Source: an uncultured virus (IMG/VR IMGVR_UViG_3300011547_000001) (lineage: Duplodnaviria > Heunggongvirae > Uroviricota > Caudoviricetes). Taken from it: a stretch of DNA of 43,934 bases. The DNA lies in the IMG/VR virus record IMGVR_UViG_3300011547_000001; one strand, 5' to 3'. The notes beneath the pieces are model-generated. The model saw nothing but the letters and a program-made list of their open reading frames with translations, ran no database searches and was not told the origin of the DNA. Shown in pieces: positions 43,907 to 43,934 of this stretch. The translations under genes and the position numbers were made by a program. The stretch's first letter is position 1. The number at the start of each line of letters is the position of its first letter.

Positions 43907-43934
43907 ATTACTTTTGAATTACGGTTGACGTCGC

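Noticed and set aside
1..43934. CRISPR arrays, tRNAs, introns, inteins or IS elements
   Set aside because: I saw no regularly spaced DNA repeats, cloverleafs or transposase or homing motifs. Intergenic gaps are under 200 bp. tRNAscan or Infernal would be needed for certainty.

Overview
This is a gene-dense fragment of a jumbo bacteriophage genome, most consistent with the nucleus-forming phiKZ-related group and its EL/OBP-like branch; a Pseudomonas-like host is inferred, not shown. About 75 genes lie on the minus strand, organised by eight copies of a phiKZ-type early promoter (AAAYCTAYATYAY, including TATATTAC) and many intrinsic terminators. Recognisable genes are a GroEL-like chaperonin with no GroES in the window, an NAD-dependent DNA ligase, RNase HI, a GNAT acetyltransferase, an Acb1-like 2H phosphodiesterase (putative anti-CBASS) and two tandem nucleotidyltransferases. 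The main new observation is a ~35-45 aa module (E/P-P...[LIVF][NS]xxWxxW...A...G) shared by about a dozen otherwise unrelated proteins between 15.5 and 36.4 kb, both alone and fused to other domains. A 626-aa accessory protein carries colinear relics of the RNA polymerase beta-prime active-site motifs (RKH..FTGRSVITS / LNR / ADFDGD), and another protein carries two DnaB-like P-loop relics. There are many tandem paralog pairs, and hairpins follow most early promoters. The only plus-strand coding segment is a bacterial peroxiredoxin fragment at 1879-2123, probably an assembly chimera that splits a phage gene. I saw no tRNA, CRISPR array or mobile element. All assignments come from reading motifs by eye, without database searches.
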